A stretch of 64,000 nt of DNA from Rebecca billardiae RCC1528. Its lineage: Eukaryota > Protista > Haptophyta. Position numbers and translations under genes: made by a program. The notes below the pieces were generated by a model. It worked only from the letters and a program-made list of their open reading frames with translations, searched no databases and was not told the DNA's origin. Below are positions 11,653 to 22,200 of the stretch, piece by piece (the stretch's first letter is position 1; the number at the start of each line of letters is the position of its first letter). The stretch lies in the NCBI GenBank assembly GCA_965240325.2, contig OZ251229.1, positions 2,418,001 through 2,482,000 of the forward strand, written 5' to 3'.

Positions 11653-13050
11653 ATGTCGTCCGTCCGGCGGAGAGCGGCGGCTTGGGTCCTCGCGCTTGCC
11701 AGCGTGTGTTCGGCACCCGCCGAGGTGAAGCCGCCGTATCTGTGGTCGAATACCACCGCGTTTTTTGCGCTGAAGTACGAGCGGGTCGTCGCCCGGGTCC
11801 GCACGCGGCAGCAGCGGCAGCGCGCCGCCGACGTGCGCGAGATGTGCGCAGCGACGAAGCAGCTGCAGCTGCGGGTCCGCGCAGCGGCCGACGAGTTGCG
11901 AAAGCGGTGGGCGCCGGCAGTCCCCGATCGCAGGTGCGCCGCCGAGCTGGAGTCTGTCATCCGCGCCGAAGCCAACCTGAGCGTCGGCTGCCCCTTGCCC
12001 TCGACAGTGTGGTGGCACGCGGTGCCCGACCCGATCACGGAGGAGACGGCCGCGAGCTGCGCGGATCTGCGCCGGGGGAAGCACATGGCGCCGCCCGCGG
12101 GGCTTCGGCGGGTGGTCTTCTATATCGAGGCGTACAAGCAGCCCGCGCTCGTGGCGCGCACCATCCGCCGACTCCGCGCGCCGGGGCACGCCTTCATCGT
12201 GCACGTGGACAAGCACGTGGGCTCCGACTTTGTGCACGAGATGGCGGCGGTCGGGCCCGACGTGTGCGTGCTGCGCTCCGGCGTGATCATCTACCTCACA
12301 GGGACCGACGTGCACTCCGTGTGGTCAGTGCAGCGCTGGCTACTCACGCACCGGGTGCGCTTCGACTCCTTCGTCTCGCTCACAGGCGGGGACTATCCGT
12401 TGCACGACGGCGCGCGCGCGGCGCGACTGCTGGCGGCCGCTGGCGACGTCACGTGGTACCCGCACCCGCCGATGCGCCCCGAGCAGCGGCGAAGGGTGGA
12501 CGGCGACAAGGACCTGTACATCAAAAAGTTCCGCCGCATCTTCTCGTACGGCTTCGGCTGCCGGGCGACGCGCTCGTACCACAGCTTGCGAATGCGCCCG
12601 CAGTGGATCGCGCGCCGCGTGCCGACGCTGCGCCTGCGGCAGACGCCGCCGCTCACGACCGGCGTGTACGCCGCGCGCACCGTGCGCGAGCTGCAAATGA
12701 ACGACGACGCGGTCGCGGCGTTGCTCTTCATGTCGAAGACCAAGCAAGCGGCGGCGGAGCACTACTGGGCGAGCGCGCTGACGCTGCCCGTCTTCGACTC
12801 GCATCTGATCCACCGGGCGCCGTGCTTCATGTCCTGGCACTTGGGCGTCGGCGCAGACGGGGTGCACAACACAATCCTCACGAGAGAGCAGTGGGCGTTC
12901 ATCGAGGCGGCGATCCGCGGCTGCGCGCTCTTCGCGCGCAAGTTCAACCTGGACACGGACGAGGCAGTGCTGGATATGATCGACAACGCCACCGCGCCGA
13001 GCGGGCCACCAGAGATCGCGGCGGCTCTCCGCAAGTCGTGTGGGATGTGA
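11653..13050 (+). CDS. Glycosyltransferase family 14 (Core-2/I-branching / xylosyltransferase-like)
   Basis: N-terminal hydrophobic signal/anchor. GT14 motifs FYIEAYK..., FIVHVDK, FVSLTGGDYPL, EHYW and LFARKF. Confidence 0.8.
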   Translation: MSSVRRRAAAWVLALASVCSAPAEVKPPYLWSNTTAFFALKYERVVARVRTRQQRQRAADVREMCAATKQLQLRVRAAADELRKRWAPAVPDRRCAAELESVIRAEANLSVGCPLPSTVWWHAVPDPITEETAASCADLRRGKHMAPPAGLRRVVFYIEAYKQPALVARTIRRLRAPGHAFIVHVDKHVGSDFVHEMAAVGPDVCVLRSGVIIYLTGTDVHSVWSVQRWLLTHRVRFDSFVSLTGGDYPLHDGARAARLLAAAGDVTWYPHPPMRPEQRRRVDGDKDLYIKKFRRIFSYGFGCRATRSYHSLRMRPQWIARRVPTLRLRQTPPLTTGVYAARTVRELQMNDDAVAALLFMSKTKQAAAEHYWASALTLPVFDSHLIHRAPCFMSWHLGVGADGVHNTILTREQWAFIEAAIRGCALFARKFNLDTDEAVLDMIDNATAPSGPPEIAAALRKSCGM

Positions 13051-13056
13051 GCAGGC

Positions 13057-13147
13057 GGCCTGTTTTAATTCTACGAGAGCCGCCCAACGGCGACATCAGC
13101 CAAAACGCGGTGAAATGGCGGCTTCAGTCCACTGGTGCGGGTGCCGG
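13057..13147. mobile_element. Partial end of the GGCCTGTTTT-TIR DNA element family (see 37211-38119)
   Basis: GGCCTGTTTTAATTCTACGAGAGCC...GGCGACAT...AATGGCGGCTT...CTGGTGCGGG aligns with the reverse complement of about 38030-38119. No partner TIR was found nearby. Confidence 0.65.
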
Positions 13148-13370
13148 TGGTAGTGCAGAGTAGTGGCGGCCCCGTGGGGCACGTCGTTGAGCTGGCGCAT
13201 CCTCGTACTAAGAGTAAGACGCTGAGCTGTGCTGGCGAAAGACGTTGCCAAGACATGCGCTTCGACTTGCCGCGGGACAAAGGTCAAAGCGCCAACCGTC
13301 CACCGTCAATTGAATAGAAAAAAAAGTGCTGAGCACTGAGCAGCGGTCGGCCGCGGGCGATGGCGGTTCG

Positions 13371-16300
13371 ATGGCGGGGAGGGGCTCCCCACCCCATCAC
13401 GACCAGGACGAGCACGAGGAGGGCGAGTCGGACGAGGAGGAGCGCCACCGCAAGGCCGTCGCCGTGGCCGAGGCGCTGCGCGAGGCGTCGCCCTCTCTGC
13501 AGCAGCGCCGGCGCACCTCGCGCGACGACCCCGCGTACCTCGCCAACTTCCACGCCAACTCGAGGCTGCACTTCATCGGCGTGTGGCGCGAGCGGTACGA
13601 GGAGCTGTTCGCGCTCCGGCCGGCGCCGCCCGCCCTGCCGCCCACGCCCGATGGCGGCGAGCGGACGATCCTGCACGTCGACATGGACTGCTTCTTCGCC
13701 TCGGTCGCCGCGGCGGGGCGGCCGGCGCTCGCGCGCGTGCCGCTCGCGGTGACGTGGGCGTCCGGCCGGGCGGCGGCGAGCTCGGAGCGCTTCAGCGGCG
13801 GCGAGATCTCGTCGGCGAACTACCTCGCGCGCGCGTTCGGCGTGCGCGCCGGCATGTGGACCACCGAGGCGCGCGCCCTCTGCCCGCGCCTCGTGCTGGT
13901 GCCGTACGAGTTTGAGCGGTACGTGGGCGTGGCGCGCGCGCTCTACGAGGCGCTGCACGCGCTCACGCCGCACGTCGCGGCGGTGTCGTGCGACGAGGCG
14001 TACGTCGACTGCACGGGGCTCGTGCGCGGCAGCGCCGACTGGGCGGAGGAGGCGCTCGCGCTCGCGCACGACGTGCGCGAGCGCGTGCGGCGCGCGACCG
14101 CCGGCTGCTGCGCGTCGGTCGGCGTCGGCCCCAACCGGCTGCTCGCGCGCATCGCGACGGCGGCGGCGAAGCCGGACGGCGCGCGCACGCTGCGCGCGTC
14201 GGACGCGGCGGCGACGCTCGCGCCGATGCCCGTGCGCGAGCTGCCCAGCGTCGGCCCCAAGCGCGCCGCGCGCCTGCACGAGCTCGGCGTGCGCGCGTGC
14301 GCCGACGTGCGCGCGGCGGCCGCGAGCGGCGAGCTCGCGCGCGCGCTCGGCGCCAAGGCCGCCGCCGAGCTCGCGGCGCTGGCGCGCGGTGAGGACCCGC
14401 GACCGTGGCCCGCGGAGGGGCGCAAGTCGCTCAGCGCGCAGGCCTCGTGGGGCGTGCGCTTCGCCACCGACGCCGAGGTCGACGGCTTCGCGCGCCAGCT
14501 GTGCGACGCGCTCGCGGACAAGGCGGCGCGCGCGCGCGTGTGCGGCGCGCGCCACGTGGGCGTGCACGTGTGGGAGGCGAAGGCGGAGGCGGAGCAGCGG
14601 TACCAGCCGAAGGGCTTCGTCGGCCACGGCGACTGCCACATGCGCGCGCGCGCCGAGACGCTCCGCCGGCCGCTGAGCCCCACCGCCGCCGCGCTCACGC
14701 CATGCGCGCTCGCGCTCGTGCGCGCGCTCGGCGTGCCGCCCGCGCGCGTGCGCGGCATGCGCGTCGAGCTCAGCCAGCTCAGCTACGCCGCGCACGCCGC
14801 GCGGCGCAGCCCCGACGCGGCCGAGGGACGCGCCACCGGCGGCGGCGGCGGCGGCGCCGGCGCCGGCGCCCCATCGCGCACGCCCGGCGCCTCGCCCTCG
14901 CCGGCGCGCGCGCGGCGCATCGACGCGATGCTGCCGCGCACCGCGCCGCCCGCGGCCGTGGGCGCGCCGCGCGCACCGCCAGCGGCCGCGCCGGCGGCCG
15001 CCGCGGGCGTGGGCGGCGCAGAGCCGCGCGCGCGGCGCGCGGACGCGGCGGCGCTCGCCGAAGTGCCGCGCTTCGGCGGCGGCGGCGGCGGCCTGGACGC
15101 GAGCGCGTACTTCCAGGGCAAGCGGCAGCGCACGCGCGAGGCGCTCAACGAGCCCGGCGGCGGCGGCGGCGGCGGCGCCGCCGCCGCCGCCGAGGGCGGC
15201 AGCGCGCTCCTGCGCGGCGTGACGCTCTGGGTGGACGGGCTGACCACGCCGCCCGCCGACGCGCTGCGGCTGCTCGTGCTGCAGCACGGCGGCGCATACG
15301 CACCCGCGGGCAACTTTGGCGCGGCCGGCGCGGGCGTGACGCACATCGTGTGCGAGAGCGTGCGCGCCGGCCGAGCGGACGCCCTCGCGCGCCGCGCGCT
15401 CGCCAGGGGCGGCGGCGGCGCGCGTCGATGCGAGCTGGTGCGGCCGCAGTGGCTGCTCGAGAGCATCGCGGCGGGGCGCAGGCTGCCCGAGTGCGAGTAC
15501 GCGCTCGAGGGCCTCCTCGACCCGCGCCAGCGCACGCTGGCGCTCGGCGCGCGCGAGGCCGCGCCCGCCGCGCTCAGCGCCGGCTCGGAGCGGCAGCCGC
15601 CATCGTCGCCGCCGGCGCGCGAGCGCGGCGGCGCCAGCGGCGCGCGCGACGAGCTCGGCTCCACGGCCGAGTCGGAGGACGACGCGGAGGACGCGCAGCA
15701 GGGCGGCACGCTGCGCGACGTGCTGTGCATGTCGCAGGTCGCGGTGCCGCCGCTCGAGCAGCTCGACATGCGCGAGCTCGCCCAGCTGCCGCGCGCCATG
15801 CGCGCGCGCGTGCGGCACGCGTACGAGCAGCGCGGCCACGCCTGGCCGCGCGCGCACGCCGAGCACGCCGAGCACGCCGAGCACGCGGCCGCGGCGCAGG
15901 CGGCGCAGCGGCCGCCGCCCGCGCTCGGCTGCGCGCCCCCGGTGGGCGCGGAGGCCGACGAGGCCGAGGCCGCCGCCGGCGCGGATGGCGACGCTGCCGT
16001 CGCGCGCGCGCTCGAGCGCATGGGCTACGAGCGAAGCGCGGCGCTGGCCGCGGCGCGCGCGGTCGCGGGCGTGACGCTCGCCGCTCACGTCGCGGCCGCC
16101 GTCGACTGGCTGTGCGCGCGAGAGGGCGCGCCCTCGGCCTACGCCAGCCGCGAGGAGGCCGGCGCTGCCTGCGCGCCCGCGCTGCCGCCGCGTGCGCACG
16201 AGCCGCCGGCGGCGGCGCCCGCCGCCGCGCCCGTGCCGTCGGCGCCCGCGGGGCGCGCGGCAGCATCCGGCGCCGCGCCACGCGCGCACGCCGCGGACGC

Positions 16301-16835
16301 GGCATCGCTCGTGCCGAGCCGGCTGGAGGACGTCGACCCATCTGTCCTCGCCGCGCTGCCTGCCGACATCAGGCGCGAGCTACAGGCCGCGCTCGGCGCC
16401 GCGCCTTCGGAGCACGTTGCGCATCGCCCCGCCGTGCGAGCGAGCGCGCACGCAGGCGGCTCGGTGCCGGCCGCGCTCCCCGAGCTGTCGGCCGACGCCG
16501 ATGCCGCCTTCGCCCTAGTGCGCGAGCTGGCGGCGAGATGCGGTGGCGCGGCGGCGTCGGACGCCGAGCTTGACGAGGGCGAGCGGCAGCTCACGGCGCA
16601 CGCGACGGCGCTGGCGCGCGCGGCCTCTCTCGAGGCGCTGGAGGTGCTCGTGCGGCGCGCCGCGCGGCTGCTGGGCCGCGCCGAGCGCTGGCGCGTGCGG
16701 CTGCTGCGCTTGCTGGACGCCGTGGACGACGCGGTCCTCGCGCGCGTGGGCGGCTCGCTGGCATGCACGACGCAGGCGAGACGGGAGCTGCTCTCGGCCG
16801 GCTCGGCTTCGCGCGAAGCCGGGCCGCCATCGTAG
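13371..16835 (+). CDS. REV1: DNA repair protein REV1 (Y-family deoxycytidyl transferase) with an internal BRCT, UBMs, UBA and a C-terminal helical domain
   Basis: N-digit FHANSRLHFIGVWR; ILHVDMDCFFAS; EISSANYLARAFGVRAGM; REV1-type SCDEAYVD; little finger RKSLSAQASWGVRF. BRCT at about 15205-15507. UBM-like LAQLPRAMR and VDPSVLAALPADIRREL; UBA LERMGYERSAA...AVDWL. Confidence 0.92.
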   Translation: MAGRGSPPHHDQDEHEEGESDEEERHRKAVAVAEALREASPSLQQRRRTSRDDPAYLANFHANSRLHFIGVWRERYEELFALRPAPPALPPTPDGGERTILHVDMDCFFASVAAAGRPALARVPLAVTWASGRAAASSERFSGGEISSANYLARAFGVRAGMWTTEARALCPRLVLVPYEFERYVGVARALYEALHALTPHVAAVSCDEAYVDCTGLVRGSADWAEEALALAHDVRERVRRATAGCCASVGVGPNRLLARIATAAAKPDGARTLRASDAAATLAPMPVRELPSVGPKRAARLHELGVRACADVRAAAASGELARALGAKAAAELAALARGEDPRPWPAEGRKSLSAQASWGVRFATDAEVDGFARQLCDALADKAARARVCGARHVGVHVWEAKAEAEQRYQPKGFVGHGDCHMRARAETLRRPLSPTAAALTPCALALVRALGVPPARVRGMRVELSQLSYAAHAARRSPDAAEGRATGGGGGGAGAGAPSRTPGASPSPARARRIDAMLPRTAPPAAVGAPRAPPAAAPAAAAGVGGAEPRARRADAAALAEVPRFGGGGGGLDASAYFQGKRQRTREALNEPGGGGGGGAAAAAEGGSALLRGVTLWVDGLTTPPADALRLLVLQHGGAYAPAGNFGAAGAGVTHIVCESVRAGRADALARRALARGGGGARRCELVRPQWLLESIAAGRRLPECEYALEGLLDPRQRTLALGAREAAPAALSAGSERQPPSSPPARERGGASGARDELGSTAESEDDAEDAQQGGTLRDVLCMSQVAVPPLEQLDMRELAQLPRAMRARVRHAYEQRGHAWPRAHAEHAEHAEHAAAAQAAQRPPPALGCAPPVGAEADEAEAAAGADGDAAVARALERMGYERSAALAAARAVAGVTLAAHVAAAVDWLCAREGAPSAYASREEAGAACAPALPPRAHEPPAAAPAAAPVPSAPAGRAAASGAAPRAHAADAASLVPSRLEDVDPSVLAALPADIRRELQAALGAAPSEHVAHRPAVRASAHAGGSVPAALPELSADADAAFALVRELAARCGGAAASDAELDEGERQLTAHATALARAASLEALEVLVRRAARLLGRAERWRVRLLRLLDAVDDAVLARVGGSLACTTQARRELLSAGSASREAGPPS

Positions 16836-17001
16836 CTACGCTACTGAAAGTCTGAACCTGTCTGAACCATGAAAGTCCCATAGTAGTTCTACTTGACTAC
16901 TTTAGTACTAGTACACCGGGTACAATTGCTCCGTTACAAGTCCTTTACTTGTTCGTAGTACACGCTGCTGTGTAACAGGCAGGGTAGGTTCGCGCAGGCC
17001 T

Positions 17002-18117
17002 ATGGCGTCGTCGTCCGCGGTCGAATGGGAGCTCGATTGGCTGCGGCAGGAATACGCCGCTCTGCGAGAGAGCTCCGAGCACAGCCTCGCGGTCCAGAGC
17101 TTCGAGCTCGAGCAGCTACGTGCGCAGGTGCGAGTGCTCTCCTCGATGCGGCATAAGACGCCGCTGATGGGCGAGAGCCCAGCGGTGTGGATCTCGCTCG
17201 CCGAGCGCGCGCTGAGCAGCCAGCAGCTCTCGGGCGATCCGGCCCGGTCAGCTTCGGTGGGAGCGGCGTCTCAGCGTCAACCAGGCGAGATCAGTGCCCC
17301 ACCAACGGTTGGCGAGCAGCGGGTGGCAGCTGACGGCACGGACCATCTCGCGCAGCTCCTGAAGCAGTCCCTCGAGGAGGTGCAGGGCCTTCTCTTCATG
17401 CTCAAGACGACGTGTGCCGAACGTGACGAGCTGCGCGTCCGGTGTGAGAGCCTGGAACGCGACGCAGCGCTCGCGGCGCGCGCCGGCAAGGACCACGGCC
17501 GAGCGTCCATCGCCGAGCACATCGAGCGTCGTGGCGAGGCAGACGACGCGCGCGCTCGCGAGGGGGCCAAAGGGCGCAGCGCAGCCTCGTCCATGCCCCA
17601 TGGCGCGCACTGGCACCTGCCGGTGTACGGTGGGGTTGCTCCCGACCACGGTCTGGGTGGAGATTCCCTCGACCCGCTGCCTGACGGTGATGCCATTTGG
17701 CGAATCGGCGAGCGCTTTCGCATGCCTCGAGCGCCGCCCAAGGCGATGACAGGCTGGGACGCACGCCGCCCCAAGTCCGCCTCAGCACGCGTGCCTCGCG
17801 TCGCGGCGCCAGGCAGTGACCGGCCGAGCCATGGGCCTGGAGTAGACCTGCCCGAGCCCGCCTTCCCATGCACATCCTCCACCGCAGCGATGCCCGGGTT
17901 CCCGGCACGCAAGCTCGGTGGGAGCGGCTCCTCGTCTGATGCGCCGCGCCGACTTAGACAGCGGCCTGCAACAGCTTCGAGTCCACCCAACGCCACCGCC
18001 TCGCACCACGTACCGTTGCCACCTGCGCCAATGGATGGTGGCGACGGGCGCGCGCTCTTCTGGGGACACCGCCGGCCACCGGCTGCTGCGTCCATTGCGG
18101 CAGCGGCGGCGGTCTGA
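17002..18117 (+). CDS. Hypothetical protein with N-terminal coiled coils and a disordered tail
   Basis: 371-aa ATG-initiated ORF after an AT-richer spacer. Heptad-like segments (ELDWLRQEYAALRE, ELEQLRAQVRVL); no family recognised. Confidence 0.5.
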   Translation: MASSSAVEWELDWLRQEYAALRESSEHSLAVQSFELEQLRAQVRVLSSMRHKTPLMGESPAVWISLAERALSSQQLSGDPARSASVGAASQRQPGEISAPPTVGEQRVAADGTDHLAQLLKQSLEEVQGLLFMLKTTCAERDELRVRCESLERDAALAARAGKDHGRASIAEHIERRGEADDARAREGAKGRSAASSMPHGAHWHLPVYGGVAPDHGLGGDSLDPLPDGDAIWRIGERFRMPRAPPKAMTGWDARRPKSASARVPRVAAPGSDRPSHGPGVDLPEPAFPCTSSTAAMPGFPARKLGGSGSSSDAPRRLRQRPATASSPPNATASHHVPLPPAPMDGGDGRALFWGHRRPPAAASIAAAAAV

Positions 18118-18227
18118 CATCATCCGTCAGGATAAAGCACCGCCTTCTAATGAATGGCCCCGTGTAACGGCCGCAGCGCGGGTCGCTCTGCAATACCGCC
18201 AACAGGGCAGTGGATGGATGACCGGGG

Positions 18228-18662
18228 AAGTTTGACCCCGCGCCCCTCTCGCGGGCTCTTGGCGCGCGAACGCTTATTCACTCCTGGCCGAGGAGGAGCC
18301 GTAGTTTGGCGCTCCGTGCACCAACAAATACGACATCCGCCCCAGCCGCATGTTGCCACTCGACACCTCGTCTCGCTTTGCGCGGAGCCTAAACCTGCAC
18401 GTGATGTGCGGGGCGAGCCACCCGAAGCACGGAAATGCACTCCCGACTCGCGACGCGATGCGCGCTGCACAGCCTGTGTTTCGGGTGGCTCGCGCACACG
18501 ACAAGTGGGCTCCGCGCGAAGCGAGGCGAAGTATCGAGTGGCAACATGCAGCTGGGGATGTCTTATTTGTTCGTGAACGGAGCGCCAAGCTACGGCTCGG
18601 CGGCCACTAGTGGGGATAAGCGTTCGCGCGCCAGAGCGCGCGAGAGGGGCGCGGGGCCAGAT
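18228..18662. mobile_element. Fold-back MITE with imperfect TIRs of about 200 bp and an 8-9 bp TSD (Mutator/MULE-like)
   Basis: The left arm (CCCCGCGCCCCTCTCGCG...GGCGCGCGAACGCTTAT...GAGCCGTAG...CATGTTGCCACTCGA...GCGAGCCACCCGAA) is mirrored on the right. The direct repeat TGACCGGGG occurs at 18219-18227 and 18663-18671. Confidence 0.8.
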
Positions 18663-19266
18663 TGACCGGGGTCCCACTGTCCTTTCTTTCCGATGGCGGC
18701 TTCGCCTCCGCATAGGCGGGCGAGTCGCCGCTGCCCGCAGAAGGCGTGCGCCGGAGGCAAGGAAGCGCGACCACGCCCCTCGGCCGCCGGCCTCGCACGC
18801 GTCCTTGAAAGAGCATCCCAGCTGCGGTCATTCGACTTGTGCGTCAGGAGCCGTGTTCCAGCTAGCCGAAGCTCACGCGCCGCGAGCAGCACGACGGCAC
18901 GCACAAGTCGCCCGCCGCACCGGCCGAGCGTGCGCCGAAAGCGGCACAGCGGAAGAGGGCCCGACCCGATGGCGGGTCTCGCCGGGGCCCTTCACAAGTT
19001 CGTGCTTGGGTCTTTCGCGTCTGTAGCCATCTGGCTCAACGGCCCGTTACTGATTCCGAACCACAGCCTAAGTAAGCTACGGCATCGCTCAGGCCAGAGC
19101 GCAGATCGGTGCCTGAGCCGAGTGTGCGCACGTTCAGTGACTATATGTCTATATTCGACTTTCGAGTCTCGATCGGCATCGGCCGCCGACGACTCTGTGG
19201 CTGTCTGCCAGCGGCCTATGGCTACTCAATGACTGCCGAGATGGGGCAGCACGTGGCAGCGACTGA

Positions 19267-22200
19267 TCAGCTCGACGATGTCATCTCGTCGTCGATATCG
19301 GGGCTTCGCGACCAGCTACCCCGGCTCCAGCGCCTACCTCCAGTGGACGAGCGCTTCGGTGGACTCGGCATGAGAGCCGGGCTGGTCGAGTCCTGGGTCG
19401 ACGCGCTGCCTGTGGTCGTCGTGGTGAGATCGGAGAGCGCCCCACGCTGGCTCACTGTGCGCACGGTCGCCGCCTTGTTGCGCGCCTGGGGCGCTTTCAG
19501 CGCCTCGCGCTCTCGCATATATGTGCGCAGCTTTTCCTCGAGCTGCAGCGCCAGCACGCTGCACGTCTTCGCCTCGCCGCAGTCTAGGATGTGCACCGCG
19601 ATGCGCTGAGCGGTGTTCATCGGCGTGGCTGCAGCCGCCCCCTCGTCGAGCGTGTCTGCCGCCGAGCTCTTGACGCAGTTCAGCACGCATTGGCGAGTCT
19701 GTGTCACCGTGCTGTGCCGCCAGGCCTCGCGCTGACGCGTCGTCAACGACAGCAGGCTGCCGTCGACGATGGCGAAGCTGTCGATGGCATCCAGGCTGAA
19801 GTGCTGCTTGACACGTCGCTTTGAAGCCTCCACGAGCAGCACGCGACGCTCCGTCAGAACGAACAGATCGGCGCGCTGCGTCGGCGGCTTTGGGAGAAGG
19901 TCCGCGCAAAAGACGAGAGACTCGCGCTTGTGCTTGCCGGCCCGGAATTGCACGAGCACTTCGTTCGCGATCGCCTCCTGGATGGAGTACTCCTTGATCG
20001 TCCGCGCATCGCCATCCAGCGTCCGTGGTGGTCGCACTCGGTCGTGCATGTTGGCGTGCGACGAGTTGCCTACCTGGTTCGCGATGCCTTGCGCAGTTCG
20101 GCTAGCGAAGTCGAGGGCACCTGCATGTGCACGCAGGCGGAGCTCGTGGCACGCGTGAGCGACATGCGCATAAGGGGCGACCGGTGCGCTGCGCGGTCGC
20201 GTCGCACCTGCGGTGGGCTTCACAGCCGCGCCAACGATGCCTTTGCCGAAGCCCATCATCAGACCGCTCGCACCGCCCTCGCGCAGGCCCCTCGCTGGCT
20301 GCACGAGCAGCCCGGTCACGCCCTGGAAGATGCCCGCGCCGAAGCTCTGCACACCCCTCACAGTGCCGTCGAGAGCGTTCTGCGGCTGCTGGGCGCGCCC
20401 GCGCGCGCGCTCGCGCCGCTCGAGATAGGCGGTGTCGAAGGAGAGATGCGCGACTGCCCCTGCTGCCCTCCCCGTGACTGTCGCGAAGGCCGAAAAGGCA
20501 CCTGCGGCGTGAGTGCGCGCGCCCGCACGCGAAGAAAGCGGTGCGCCGCGCGTGGTCAGTCAGTGAGCCAAGCGCTCTGCAGGCAGTGCCGCGGCGAGGA
20601 TTGCACGCGTACCAGAGACGGTCGCACGGGCGAGACCAATCGAGCCGAAGACCACGTCCTTCCCCACATCGAGCGGCGACTTCTCCCGTGTTCGGAAGGG
20701 GTGGAAGATGAAGTCTTTCACACCGAGCCCCAAGTTGCGGACGAGATTCGCCGGCTGGCTGAGCGTGTCCACGTTGAGGACCAGCTTGTACACCTGCCGG
20801 AGGAGTGCATGGCGGTACTGCGCCCCAATCCGGGCGCCCAGCTCGCCGGGCGGCGCGAGGATGGGTTCCTGACGCAGCGCAGGGGAAGAGCGCAGGGAGA
20901 GGAGGAGCAAGCGATAAGAGGGAGGGAGACATGTCCTGCACCCGCCCTCCAGGTAGGCGCACCGCGCGCGCAGTAGCGCACACCGTGAAAACGAGCGCGT
21001 GCAGGCTGAGCGGAAGCCGATCGATGGACGGGATGTGCACCGGGTTCCGCAGCAGCTCCTGGATCATGCGCTGGCTCGACATGTAGGAGATGTTCACCTT
21101 GATCGGGCTCACCTCCAGCTGCTCGAAGTACCACACCGCAGGCGGATCATGCATGCGCTGCGGGGCGCGCGAGTGCGGCACGTGCTCGGCCGGCACGCTT
21201 CCTGCGCCCTGCGCCTGGCGCTTCAAAGCCGCTTCGAGGTGCTCGCCGACGCGAGCGAGCGTGCGGATGAGCTTTTCCTCCACGCTGATCTCCACCTCGT
21301 CCAGGTAGATGCCGATGTATTCGAAGACCGGGCCGGACGCATGACGCGCGTTCCGCATGACGGCGGCGAGGTGCACGGCCACGGGCATCGCCTCGACCGA
21401 ACGCCGCGACTTCGTGCCGCCGGCGTTGTGGTGCGGCTTGCCGTTGCACGACAGGACGACGGGCAAGAGGGCTGTGTTGAGCTGATTGTCGAGTTGCAGT
21501 GAGCCGAGCTTGAGGTCGACGCTGTGCCGGCTGTTGCTCCCGTGCATCTCGAGCTCAAAGTCGTGCAGTGAGAAGTACACGAGTTCGGAGTGCCCGGCCT
21601 GCACGGCCGATATGCCCAGACCTCCGAGCGAGAGGTAGAGGGACCACACCGGTCGGAAGGCGTCGATGTCGACGCCGCCGTCGTCCAGCAGCCACTCGCA
21701 CTCGTCCGCCGTGGTCGGCTGCGCGTCCCACACGGTGAGCACCCGCGTGGGCCCGAGCAGCGTGACCGCCGTCCACAGCTGCATGGGAGGCGCGCCGTGG
21801 GCGATCGGACCCCCGAGCTTCTCGAGCCGCACGCGCGCGAGGTCAGCGGTGCCCTTGGCGAGGATGTTCTCGTCCGGAAAGTTGATGGACAGCTCCTTCT
21901 GCCCGATCGGCGTGTCCCAGACGTAAGGCAGGTCCGCTCCCGGCCGCACGACGCGCGACGTCGTGTTGGCGGCGCACTGCTGCACGCGCACGTTTTGCGC
22001 CGTCCGGTTGCAGATCTTGAACGGCGGGCTGTAGCCGGCCTCCATGGCGTCGATGAAGAGCACCTCCACCGTGCCGCGGATGGTCGTGACGCGCACGAGG
22101 ATGAGCATCTCCTCCTGCACCTGGTGCGCACTGCTGTGCACGTCGGTGGGCGGGCGATGCACCGGGCAGCTCACGGCCACGTTGCCCACCTCGCTGACGA

